NCBI GenBank assembly: GCA_041496385.1
Contig: JBGQEL010000116.1
Location: forward strand, 1-13,997
Direction: 5' to 3'
DNA: 13,997 bases
Source: Candidatus Methylomirabilia bacterium
GTDB taxonomy: Bacteria; Methylomirabilota; Methylomirabilia; Rokubacteriales; CSP1-6
In this document: positions 6,423 to 13,997 of the stretch, piece by piece
Numbering within the stretch: the stretch's first letter is position 1
How the letters are laid out: each line of letters starts with the position of its first letter
Notes under the pieces: generated by a model
The model's database searches: none
Told to the model about the DNA's origin: nothing
What the model saw: the letters and a program-made list of their open reading frames with translations, nothing else
Position numbers and translations under genes: made by a program

Positions 6423-7370
6423 TCAGGGCGCCGGCAGCCGTGTCCTGAAGAACCCGACGACCGCCGTGTTGAACCTCTGGTGGAACGCCTGCCGGTCGAA
6501 GTCCGGCGCGTCGCGGCAGGCGTTGGGCGCCCGCTGCACCCCCTCCGGACCGCAGGCGATGAACACGAAGTGGCCCGCATTCGGAACCACCACGTAGTCC
6601 GGCCGCGTCGGCAAGGCGTTGGAGATGGCCTCGGCGTTCCACGGATGCGGCGTGACATCATCGCTCCCCGCGCGCCAGAGCTGCACGGGTACCTTGACCG
6701 CCGCGAGCGCCTGCGGGCCAAACGTGAACCCCAGCGTCGGCGCGGCGATCACCGCCGCCTTGATGCGCGCGTCCCGGACCCACGCCGCGGCCGGAACCGA
6801 GAGATCGGCGTTCCGCTCCTTCAGGATGCGGCAGACGCGATCGGGATGCTCGGCGCAATGGGCGGTGACGCGACCCAGGTCGGGGACGCCGCCGATCGCC
6901 GCCAGCGCGGCGAAGCCGCCCACAGAAAACCCGAGGATCCCGATGCCGGCCGGATCGATCCGGTCGTGATCGGGCCAGGCCGCGAGCATGTAGTCGAGCA
7001 CGCGACCGACGTGCCGTGGCTGCTCCACGAGGCGCATGTCCTGGCCCTGGGTGACGCCGGCCACGACGAAACCCGCCTCGGCGAGCGCCAGGGCCGTGTG
7101 GTAGTGATTTTCGAACGTCCCGCCGACACCGTGCAGGATCACGACGAGTCGTAGCTGGCGGCCGGCGATCGGTCCATCGACGGCCACCGTCTGGCGGTGT
7201 GGACCAAGCGGTTGCGGCGAGGCGGGCGCCTCGCTCGGGTACCAGATCCCGACCTCGCGCGGCTTGCCGTCCGAATCGGGCACCGCCGCTCGCTGGAAGC
7301 CCACGGCGCCCGCCGCCCCCGGCGCCGCGGCAAGCACGAGCATCACCAGAGCCGCGAGCATGATCCTCAT
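6423..7370 (-). CDS. Secreted alpha/beta hydrolase (predicted dienelactone hydrolase-like, COG4188 type), 315 aa
   Basis: Signal peptide MRIMLAALVMLVLAAAPGAAGA; VGIWYP, LHGVGG, nucleophile GFSVGG, DARIKAAVIAAP and AGHFVF; two Cys pairs. ATG overlaps the LytTR stop (ATGA). Confidence 0.85.
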   Translation of the reverse strand: MRIMLAALVMLVLAAAPGAAGAVGFQRAAVPDSDGKPREVGIWYPSEAPASPQPLGPHRQTVAVDGPIAGRQLRLVVILHGVGGTFENHYHTALALAEAGFVVAGVTQGQDMRLVEQPRHVGRVLDYMLAAWPDHDRIDPAGIGILGFSVGGFAALAAIGGVPDLGRVTAHCAEHPDRVCRILKERNADLSVPAAAWVRDARIKAAVIAAPTLGFTFGPQALAAVKVPVQLWRAGSDDVTPHPWNAEAISNALPTRPDYVVVPNAGHFVFIACGPEGVQRAPNACRDAPDFDRQAFHQRFNTAVVGFFRTRLPAP

Positions 7371-8170
7371 CGGACACCTCGACGCGGAGACCCCGTGACG
7401 ACGCCGAGACGCTCCCTCAGCGGGCGCCAGCGGTCGCGGGCGACGACGAGCTCGGTCCGGCCCGGATCTTTCAGGCAGACCCTGAGGTGCCCGTCGTCGT
7501 CCAGGCGCAGCTCGGCGACCCAGGCGAGGCTCACCAGGATGCCACGGTGGATGCGAAAGAAGCGCGCCGGGTCGAGCCGGCGCTCGAGCTCGGCCATCGT
7601 CATGTCGAGCATGTGCTCGGCGGTCGGCGTCACCGCATAGGTGGCGCGCTGCCGCGCCACCAGGTGGGTCACCTGATCGACCGGCACGAGATGGACGCGC
7701 TCGCGCGACGGCGCCGGGAGCTGCTCGAGAAACGTGGGCACGCCGCGGAGGTGCTGCGCGAGACGGTCGAGCGCGCCCCGGACGTCCGCACCGCCTGCCT
7801 CGTCGCGACGGCCGGCGATCCGATCCAGGGTCGCGTCCAGGCGCGCGCGCTCGATCGGCTTCAACAGGTAGTCGACGGCGTTGACCTCGAACGCCTGCAC
7901 GGCGTGCCGGTCGTGCGCCGTCGTGAACACGACCAGCGGCCCCGCCGGGATGCGCTCGATCACCTCGAAGCCGCTGAGCCCCGGCATGTGAATGTCGAGA
8001 AACAGGACGTCCACCGGCTGGGCGTCGAGCTGCCGGAGGCCCTGTTCGGGGTCGGTGGCCTGACCGACGACGTCGACGCGCCCGGTGGCGTGAAGCATGC
8101 GGGCCAGGCGCTTGAGGGCCAGCGACTCGTCGTCGATGAGAAACGCGCGCATGCGATCACGCCCCGTCAC
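7367..8170 (-). CDS. LytTR (AlgR/LytT-type) two-component response regulator
   Basis: Receiver domain LIDDE...LFLDIHMPGLSG...FTTAHDRHAVQAFEVNAVDYLLKP and LytTR domain LERRLDPARFFRIHRGILV. The start is GTG 8170 (GTGA overlap with the kinase stop) or ATG 8152. Confidence 0.92.
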   Translation of the reverse strand: MTGRDRMRAFLIDDESLALKRLARMLHATGRVDVVGQATDPEQGLRQLDAQPVDVLFLDIHMPGLSGFEVIERIPAGPLVVFTTAHDRHAVQAFEVNAVDYLLKPIERARLDATLDRIAGRRDEAGGADVRGALDRLAQHLRGVPTFLEQLPAPSRERVHLVPVDQVTHLVARQRATYAVTPTAEHMLDMTMAELERRLDPARFFRIHRGILVSLAWVAELRLDDDGHLRVCLKDPGRTELVVARDRWRPLRERLGVVTGSPRRGVR

Positions 8171-9282
8171 CGCGTCTTCCCTCGCGCTGGGAGGGTCACG
8201 CTGACAAGCGTGCCCGCCTCGCGCCGGTCGAACGTCAGCGCGGCCGCCGGACCGAAGCGCGCCGCCAGCCGAGCCTTGAGATTCTCCAGGCCGTGGCCGG
8301 GACGGATCACGGGCGACGTCGCTCCGCTCCCATCGTCCCAGACGCCGAGGACCAGCTGGCCGCCGACGATGGCCACGTCGACGCGGATCCGCCCGCCGCC
8401 CCGCCGTGGCGCGATCGAATGCTTCACGCTGTTTTCCACCAGCGTCTGGAGCGTGAGCGGCGGGACCTCGCACCGGACCGAGTCCGCGGAGACGTCGAAG
8501 GCATAGGCGAGACGCTCGCCCAGGCGCGTCCGCTCGATCTCGAGGTAGTCGGTGACGATCTTCAGCTCGTCGTCGAGCGGGACCAGCCCGCGCTCGCTCG
8601 CGTCGAGCGAGAAGCGGAGGAGGGCGGCCAGCCGCTCCAGCGTCCGCTCGGCCTGCTCGGGGTCCTCCTGGATGAGGGCCGAGATCGCGTTGAGCGTGTT
8701 GAAGAGAAAATGCGGCTGCAGCCGCGACTCCAGCGACGCCAGGCGCGCCTGGAGCGCCATCTTCACGACACGCTCGTGCTCCAGCTCGCGCGTGCGCAGC
8801 GTCAGCGTGAGCGCGTCGAGCCGGGCCCGCTGAGACTCGTAGAGCGTCATCCCGGTGCAGATGACCATGGCCAGCAGCGCGTTGATCGGCAGGGCGGCGG
8901 CGAAGCAGACCCAGAAGGGATCGTGCGCGCCCGCCTCGATCGCGGTGATCGCCCCGCAGGAGAGCGCGGTGCCCACGCCGGCCACGCCGAGCATGGCCGC
9001 CAGCGTGCCCCCCCACTGCACCGTGGCGCCGAACGCTTCGAGGCGGCGGCGGATCCAGGGCACGCTGCCGCCGGCCAGCGCCGCCATGACGACCGAATGG
9101 ACGAGCGCGTGTCGCAGCGTCGCCGGGATCGACGTCGTGCGCCCGCCGGCGGCGAACAGCGCGGTCACGAGGACGGCGGCGGTCAGGCTGACGGCCGCGA
9201 CCCGGAGCCAGTACCCACCGACGACATTCATCGCCGGCCATCCTATCAGGACGCTCCGCCGTCGCGGAGGGCGAGGCGCCAC
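8167..9282 (-). CDS. LytS/AlgZ-type membrane sensor histidine kinase
   Basis: About four N-terminal hydrophobic segments; H-box RLQPHFLFNTLNAI; ATPase motifs LQTLVENSVKH, WDDGSG and GHGLENLKARL. The start is GTG 9282 (GGAGG 8 nt upstream, 2 nt after the barrel stop) or ATG 9231. Confidence 0.92.
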   Translation of the reverse strand: MAPRPPRRRSVLIGWPAMNVVGGYWLRVAAVSLTAAVLVTALFAAGGRTTSIPATLRHALVHSVVMAALAGGSVPWIRRRLEAFGATVQWGGTLAAMLGVAGVGTALSCGAITAIEAGAHDPFWVCFAAALPINALLAMVICTGMTLYESQRARLDALTLTLRTRELEHERVVKMALQARLASLESRLQPHFLFNTLNAISALIQEDPEQAERTLERLAALLRFSLDASERGLVPLDDELKIVTDYLEIERTRLGERLAYAFDVSADSVRCEVPPLTLQTLVENSVKHSIAPRRGGGRIRVDVAIVGGQLVLGVWDDGSGATSPVIRPGHGLENLKARLAARFGPAAALTFDRREAGTLVSVTLPARGKTR

Positions 9283-9284
9283 CC

Positions 9285-10604
9285 TCAGAACCTCCAGGTC
9301 GTGGTGAGCGTGACGCGATCGTTGCGGTCGAACTGGCCGTAGAGCGTGTGGCGGGGCCCCTCGAAGATGTCGGCGCCGACGGAGAGCGTCACGGATCCGG
9401 CCATCTGGTAGTCGAGCCGCGGGCTCACGCGGAAGTCGGCGCGATTGGCATCGACGACGAAGAGGACGGTCGGGCTCAGCGTGCCCCCCAAGAAGGAGGT
9501 CCCCAGGCGGAGCGCCACCGAGGTCGTCACCCGCCCCTCGACGCCCGGCCGGGTCAGGTTCGTCGTGGAGCCGGTCAGGACCTTCTGCGTGACCTGCAGG
9601 GCGGCGTCGACCGCGGAGAACAGCGTGGCGTCGACGCCGAGCAGGTAGTCGATCGTGTCCCGCCGGACGACCCCGTCGGCGTCGAGCGGGTCCGTGGTCT
9701 CGTAGCGCTTGCCCACGGTCACCGCGACCTCGCCGCGGAAGACGACCGCGTCCAGGCTCTTGGCCAGGGTGGCGCCGACGACGTGGAGGCGCGGGTGGCG
9801 CGGCTCGAGCACGATCGCGTCGGGGCCGGGCGGCTGCGGCACGCGCCGCTGGAAGAGCACGGCCGACTTGTCGGCCTGATCGTAGTAGATCAGCGCGACG
9901 TCCCAGCCCGCCCGAAGGACGGACGCCCGGAAGCCGCCCTCGCTGCGCCCGACGCTGAACTCGTCAGGGTTATCGGGCAGGCGGACCACCGGCTGGCGAA
10001 AACGGTACGGGATCGGCGCGAACTGGAACTCGGCGCCCTGCTTCGGCAGCTTGTTGTGGAGCGTGTCGGGTGTCCACACGACTTCCAGATTCACGCCCGG
10101 CCCGAGCCGGTATTGTGCGTCGAGGGCCCAGAGGGGTATTCGCAGCTCGGTGAAATCGGGCAGGACGAACTCGCGAAAATCCTTCGGATTGACGATGTCG
10201 GTGACGAACGTGCTGATCGCCTCGCCCCACACGATCTGTTGACGCCCCAGCCGGACCTCGAAATCGGCGCCGGCCAGTGTGAGGATGCCCTCGCGCAGAT
10301 CGAAGTCGGTCCTCTGGTCGCGCACGACGTTGGCGGGGTAGCGGTCGGTCGCGTCGAAGACGGCGTCGTACCAGCCGCGGGTGGCGACGCGGAGGTTGGC
10401 CGCGTCGGAGAACGTGTACTTGCCCTCGAGCCAGCCGAGCGCTTTTAGCTTCGACACGTCGCCCGGATCGTGCAGGCGGTAGGCGAACGCCTCGGCGAGG
10501 CGCCCGCGCACGCGGAGCGCACTCGACCAGTCGGGCTCGGGGTCTTCGGCGTGCGCGGTCGCGGCCAGGCAAGAGACGAGCGCCACGACAGCGACGGCGC
10601 GCAT
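9285..10604 (-). CDS. Outer-membrane beta-barrel protein (DUF1302-like), 439 aa
   Basis: Signal peptide ending ATAHA; motif DLREGIL...VRLGRQQIVWGEA...DIVNPKD; alternating amphipathic strands; C-terminal TLTTTWRF with terminal Phe (BAM-type signal). Confidence 0.78.
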   Translation of the reverse strand: MRAVAVVALVSCLAATAHAEDPEPDWSSALRVRGRLAEAFAYRLHDPGDVSKLKALGWLEGKYTFSDAANLRVATRGWYDAVFDATDRYPANVVRDQRTDFDLREGILTLAGADFEVRLGRQQIVWGEAISTFVTDIVNPKDFREFVLPDFTELRIPLWALDAQYRLGPGVNLEVVWTPDTLHNKLPKQGAEFQFAPIPYRFRQPVVRLPDNPDEFSVGRSEGGFRASVLRAGWDVALIYYDQADKSAVLFQRRVPQPPGPDAIVLEPRHPRLHVVGATLAKSLDAVVFRGEVAVTVGKRYETTDPLDADGVVRRDTIDYLLGVDATLFSAVDAALQVTQKVLTGSTTNLTRPGVEGRVTTSVALRLGTSFLGGTLSPTVLFVVDANRADFRVSPRLDYQMAGSVTLSVGADIFEGPRHTLYGQFDRNDRVTLTTTWRF

Positions 10605-10605
10605 G

Positions 10606-11340
10606 TCAGTCGAGCGACTTCATGTAGTTCTTGTCGAAGTACTTCTCGGGGAGGTCGCGGATCGTGATGCTCCCGTAGTCGAGCACCGAGTGCCTGTCCT
10701 TGCGGATCGCATCCACGAGCGTGAGCTGCGTGGCCAGCATGCGGCCGGCGCCGACGTCCTTGAAGCCGCCGAACTGGCCGGTCTTGAGCAGCGTCCCCGT
10801 GCCCGCGTAGAACTCCGCCTTGAGCGGCCGGCGGCCCTCCTTCGTGACCCAGTACTTGATGGCGGCGTAGGTCACCTCCTTGCTCCTGGCCTTCAGGTCG
10901 AGCACGTGGCAGGCGACACCCCCGAGCGACTCCTCGCCGGCCAGCGCCGGGTCGTAGTCGCCCGCGTAGTCGGCGCGCGCGATGTCGCCGTTGGCGACCT
11001 GGCCGACGAGCCGTTGCGAGAACGGGATGCGCACGGGCTTGCCGGCGTCGGGGAGATAGATCCAGAGATCGCGTCCGAGCGCCAGGAGCGAGCGCCCGAC
11101 GTTCCGGGGAGGCGCCACGAACCTCACGAACGAGCGGCCGGCGCCCTTGACGAAGACCTCGAACCCGTCGACCGATGGCGCCTTCTTCGCCTCGTGGCTC
11201 GTGATGGTGATCTGCCAGACGAAGCTCTCGGCCGGCCGCCGGAACCGGTCGGCGTCGCGGACGATGTCGGCGGCCTGCTGGGCGGGGGCCGGCGACGCGG
11301 CCGCCAGCAGCAGCGACAGCGCCAGCGCGAGCCTAGACAT
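10606..11340 (-). CDS. LolA-like periplasmic 'outer membrane lipoprotein-sorting' protein, 244 aa
   Basis: Signal peptide MSRLALALSLLLAAASPAPA; family pattern LWIYLP...VRIPFSQRLVGQVANGDIARADY...LDLKARSKEVTYAAIKYWV...KAEFYAGTGTLLKT...DLPEKYFDKNYM. Confidence 0.82.
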   Translation of the reverse strand: MSRLALALSLLLAAASPAPAQQAADIVRDADRFRRPAESFVWQITITSHEAKKAPSVDGFEVFVKGAGRSFVRFVAPPRNVGRSLLALGRDLWIYLPDAGKPVRIPFSQRLVGQVANGDIARADYAGDYDPALAGEESLGGVACHVLDLKARSKEVTYAAIKYWVTKEGRRPLKAEFYAGTGTLLKTGQFGGFKDVGAGRMLATQLTLVDAIRKDRHSVLDYGSITIRDLPEKYFDKNYMKSLD

Positions 11341-12562
11341 GGCGGAGCGCCTCGACGACGTTGAGCCGCGCCGCCCGCCAGGCGGGATAGAGCGACGCGA
11401 GCGCCGCGGTGGCCAGCGAGAGACGAAACGCCTGCAGCAGCACCTCCGGAACGACGAAGATCTGGACCATGAACCCGCGCGTCGAGCCGGGCGGCGGCGG
11501 GAGCTGGATCCCGATCGTGGAGATCACCCGGGCCAGGACGATGCCGAGGACGACGCCGACGATGCCGCCGAGCGCGCCCAGCGCAACGCCCTCCAGCACG
11601 AACATCGCGACGACGCCGCGGCGGCGCGTGCCCAGCGCCATCACGGTGCCGATCTCCCGCGTGCGCTCGAAGATGGCCATGGTCATCGTGTTCGTGATGC
11701 CGAACACGACCATGATCGAGACGATCAGGGTGAGGACGGCGAAGATCCGCCCGAACAGCTCGCGCACCTGGTGATAGCGGAGCGCCAGGTCCTCCCAGGT
11801 CCTGAGCTCGATCTCGAGGCCGCGCTCGCGGATCATCCGCTCGATCGCCTCTCGGACGGCACCGGTGTTCTCGGTCGCGTCCAGCAGAAGGACGATCGCC
11901 TGGACCTCGCCCTGCTCGACGTCGAGGAGCCGCTGGACCTCGGGCAGGGCCAGGCGCAGGAAGCGGTCGTCGTAGGCCTTCTCGCCGGATTCCCACACGC
12001 CGCGGACCTTGACCGCCAGCGCGTTGATGGAGCCGGCCTTGGTCGTGGAGAGCAGGGTGAGGTCGTCGCCCGGCTTCACGCCGAAGGCACGGGCCAGGCC
12101 GACGCCGAGCGTGACACCGCGAGGATCGCGGCTCGCCAGCTCCTTGCCGTCGACGATCACCGCCAGCGCCGAGAGATCGGTCTCGCCCTCCGGCTGGACG
12201 CCGGTGCCCACGAACGAGGTGGTCGTGTCGCCGGTGGAGATGAGCCCCGAGAGGCCGAGGCGCGCCGTGACCGCCTTCACGTGCGGGAGCTTCAGAAGCT
12301 CGGCCTGGAGCGCCGCGGCGTCGGCGATCAGGTAGTCGTAGGGGGCGAGGTTGCCCTTCTCCGAGTAGCCCTTGCGGTAGAGCTGGATGTGGCCGACCTG
12401 GCTGCGAATCGTGGACTCGCGCACGCCCCAGTAGATCGCGTTCACGAAGCCGCCGAACACGATGATGGCGGCGGCGCCGAACCCCATCGCGGCCACCGTG
12501 ATCAGCGTGCGACGCCGGTTGCGAAAGACGTTGCGGATGGCGAGCTTGAGATAGAGCGTCAT
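11333..12562 (-). CDS. FtsX-like / LolC-LolE / MacB-type ABC permease, 409 aa
   Basis: N-terminus LAIRNVFRNRRRTLIT plus TM1, a large periplasmic domain, then ITNTMTMAIFERTREIGTVMALGT and three TMs, ending YPAWRAARLNVVEALR. Confidence 0.92.
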   Translation of the reverse strand: MTLYLKLAIRNVFRNRRRTLITVAAMGFGAAAIIVFGGFVNAIYWGVRESTIRSQVGHIQLYRKGYSEKGNLAPYDYLIADAAALQAELLKLPHVKAVTARLGLSGLISTGDTTTSFVGTGVQPEGETDLSALAVIVDGKELASRDPRGVTLGVGLARAFGVKPGDDLTLLSTTKAGSINALAVKVRGVWESGEKAYDDRFLRLALPEVQRLLDVEQGEVQAIVLLLDATENTGAVREAIERMIRERGLEIELRTWEDLALRYHQVRELFGRIFAVLTLIVSIMVVFGITNTMTMAIFERTREIGTVMALGTRRRGVVAMFVLEGVALGALGGIVGVVLGIVLARVISTIGIQLPPPPGSTRGFMVQIFVVPEVLLQAFRLSLATAALASLYPAWRAARLNVVEALRHV

Positions 12563-12566
12563 GGCC

Positions 12567-13175
12567 CTAGAGACCCCGCAGCTCTTTGTCGATGGCCGCG
12601 GCCTCCGGCGCCGTCGGATAGAGGCGCTTGCCCTTCTCCCAGGCGGCGCGCGCGTCGGCCGGCCGCCCGGCCTTCTTCTGCGCGAGCCCGAGATTCAGGT
12701 AGACCATCGGCATGACGCTGTCGGGAACGGCCTGGGGCCGCGCGTCCTTCAGCGCGACGACCGTGCTCAGGTCCTTCACGGCGACCTCGGCCTTTCGAAA
12801 GAGCTCGGGGACACGCCCGGCCGTGGTTCCACGAACCAGGTAGACGACGAACGCGTCTGGGAAGCGCTCGACCGCCTCGTCGAGCGCGTCGAAGCCGCGC
12901 TTGACCCAGCCCGCCGCCTCCATCGCGGGCACGCGCCCGGCCTTGCGCACCTGCGCGCTGCCGAGCCAGGCCAGCGCCGCCGGGTTCTTCGGGTCGTCGT
13001 CCACCGCCTTCGTCAGGAGCGCAATGGCGTCGTCGATGCGGTCGCCGTCGAGCGCTTGGCGCCCCTGCGCGACGAGGTCGGGGGTCTGCGGCGCCGCGGC
13101 GTCGGGGCGCCAGACGCCGAGCAGGACGACCACGGCCAGCGCGGCGCCGAGGCGTTCGGCCCTCCCGCCGGTCAA
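12567..13175 (-). CDS. Exported tetratricopeptide-repeat (TPR) protein, about 202 aa
   Basis: C-terminal part of ORF 12567..13979. Probable TTG start at 13175 overlapping the ATPase stop (TTGA). Hydrophobic leader LGAALAVVVLLGVW; TPR-like helices AIALLTKAVDDDPKNPAALAWLG and VYLNLGLAQKKAGRPADARAAWEKG. Confidence 0.78.
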   Translation of the reverse strand: MTGGRAERLGAALAVVVLLGVWRPDAAAPQTPDLVAQGRQALDGDRIDDAIALLTKAVDDDPKNPAALAWLGSAQVRKAGRVPAMEAAGWVKRGFDALDEAVERFPDAFVVYLVRGTTAGRVPELFRKAEVAVKDLSTVVALKDARPQAVPDSVMPMVYLNLGLAQKKAGRPADARAAWEKGKRLYPTAPEAAAIDKELRGL

Positions 13176-13840
13176 CGGAGCCGCCCGTCGGAGATCTCGA
13201 CCACACGATCGGCGGCTGTCATGATCCGCGGGTCGTGCGTGGAGAACACGAACGTGGTGCCGCGCTCGCGGTTGAGGCGGCGCATGAGATCGACGATGTC
13301 GCGCCCGGTGGCGCTGTCGAGGTTCGCGGTGGGCTCGTCGGCGAGGACGAGCGCGGGCTCGCCGACCAGCGCGCGCGCGATGGCGACGCGCTGCTGCTGG
13401 CCGCCCGACAGCTCCAGCGGCCGGTGGCGCGCGCGGTCGCCGAGCCCGACCTGCTCGAGCGCCTGTCGCACGCGGCCGGCGATGTTTCCGCTTCGCCGAT
13501 GGATCAGCAGCGGATACTCGACGTTCTCCCACGCGGTGAGCACCGGGATCAGGTTGAAGGTCTGAAAGATGAAGCCGAGCTTGCGCGCGCGGAGATCGGC
13601 CCGCCGGCCCGGCGACAGCGCCGTGACCGGCTCGCCGTCGATGGCGATCTGCCCGGACGTCGGCGTGTCGAGGCAGCCGATGAGGTTGAGGAGCGTCGTC
13701 TTGCCGCTCCCCGAGGGGCCGGCCACGGCCAGGAACTCGCCGGCCTTCACCGCGAGCGACACGCCCGCCAGCGCGGTGACGGTGAGCTTGCCGAGACGGT
13801 ACGTCTTGCTGACGTCGGTGACGGTGACGACCTCGCTCAC
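13172..13840 (-). CDS. LolD/MacB-type ABC transporter ATP-binding protein, 222 aa
   Basis: Walker A GPSGSGKT, Q-loop GFIFQTFNLIP, signature LSGGQQQRVAIARAL, Walker B/D-loop LVLADEPTANLD and STHD. GTG start with GGGGAGGG upstream. Confidence 0.95.
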   Translation of the reverse strand: MSEVVTVTDVSKTYRLGKLTVTALAGVSLAVKAGEFLAVAGPSGSGKTTLLNLIGCLDTPTSGQIAIDGEPVTALSPGRRADLRARKLGFIFQTFNLIPVLTAWENVEYPLLIHRRSGNIAGRVRQALEQVGLGDRARHRPLELSGGQQQRVAIARALVGEPALVLADEPTANLDSATGRDIVDLMRRLNRERGTTFVFSTHDPRIMTAADRVVEISDGRLR

Positions 13841-13997
13841 GGCTGTGTCCCTCCCCGGATCGAATCTGACGCCAGACTAGCCGCCGCGCGGAATCCCGTG
13901 TGGAGAATCGGACGAGCGGCCGAAAACGGGACCCGAACGGTGGCGATCGAGCTCCGAGCGGTTTCAGCCCCTTGACCACCAGCGATCGCTCCCCTAC

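Noticed and set aside
7367..9241. 624-aa ORF suggesting a large hybrid response regulator
   Set aside because: The region upstream of about 8170 is an off-frame reading of the histidine kinase gene. The receiver domain starts at 8170/8152.
13841..13997. Possible riboswitch, structured leader or promoter upstream of the ABC ATPase (short dyads such as AGCGATCGCT and GGTGG/CCACC; TAGTCT as a -10)
   Set aside because: The stems are short and expected by chance at this GC content. I recognise no riboswitch consensus and no well-spaced -35, and the region is cut by the window edge. An Rfam/Infernal search on an extended window would be decisive.

Overview
Very GC-rich, densely coding bacterial window with 16 plausible CDSs in three blocks. 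The organism is probably a diderm, since it encodes an outer-membrane beta-barrel, a LolA-like protein and a PEP-CTERM protein. (1) 8-5765: a divergent chromate-resistance-type locus. chrB-chrA run leftward. A stand-alone ChrB C-terminal-domain gene (ChrF-like) runs rightward and heads a stop/start-overlapping run of LysE/RhtB exporter, ornithine cyclodeaminase/mu-crystallin enzyme and a secreted DUF1080-like beta-sandwich protein, followed by an EthD-like protein and an alpha/beta hydrolase. Between the two arms lies a 40-bp dyad of four alternating 7-bp half-sites at 11-bp period that also contains mirror-image sigma70-like promoters. (2) 5766-6404: an AT-rich spacer with three TTCCGGAA palindromes and a promoter-like motif, ahead of a small PEP-CTERM protein. 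(3) 6423-13840, minus strand: eight tightly coupled genes encoding a LolD-like ABC ATPase, TPR protein, LolC/E-like permease, LolA-like periplasmic protein, DUF1302-like outer-membrane barrel, LytS-type kinase, LytTR regulator and secreted alpha/beta hydrolase. The best candidates for an undescribed system are this Lol-like trans-envelope transporter with its own barrel, and the expanded chr regulon with its four-half-site operator. No rRNA, tRNA, CRISPR array or mobile element was seen. All family calls come from motif recognition by eye, not database searches.
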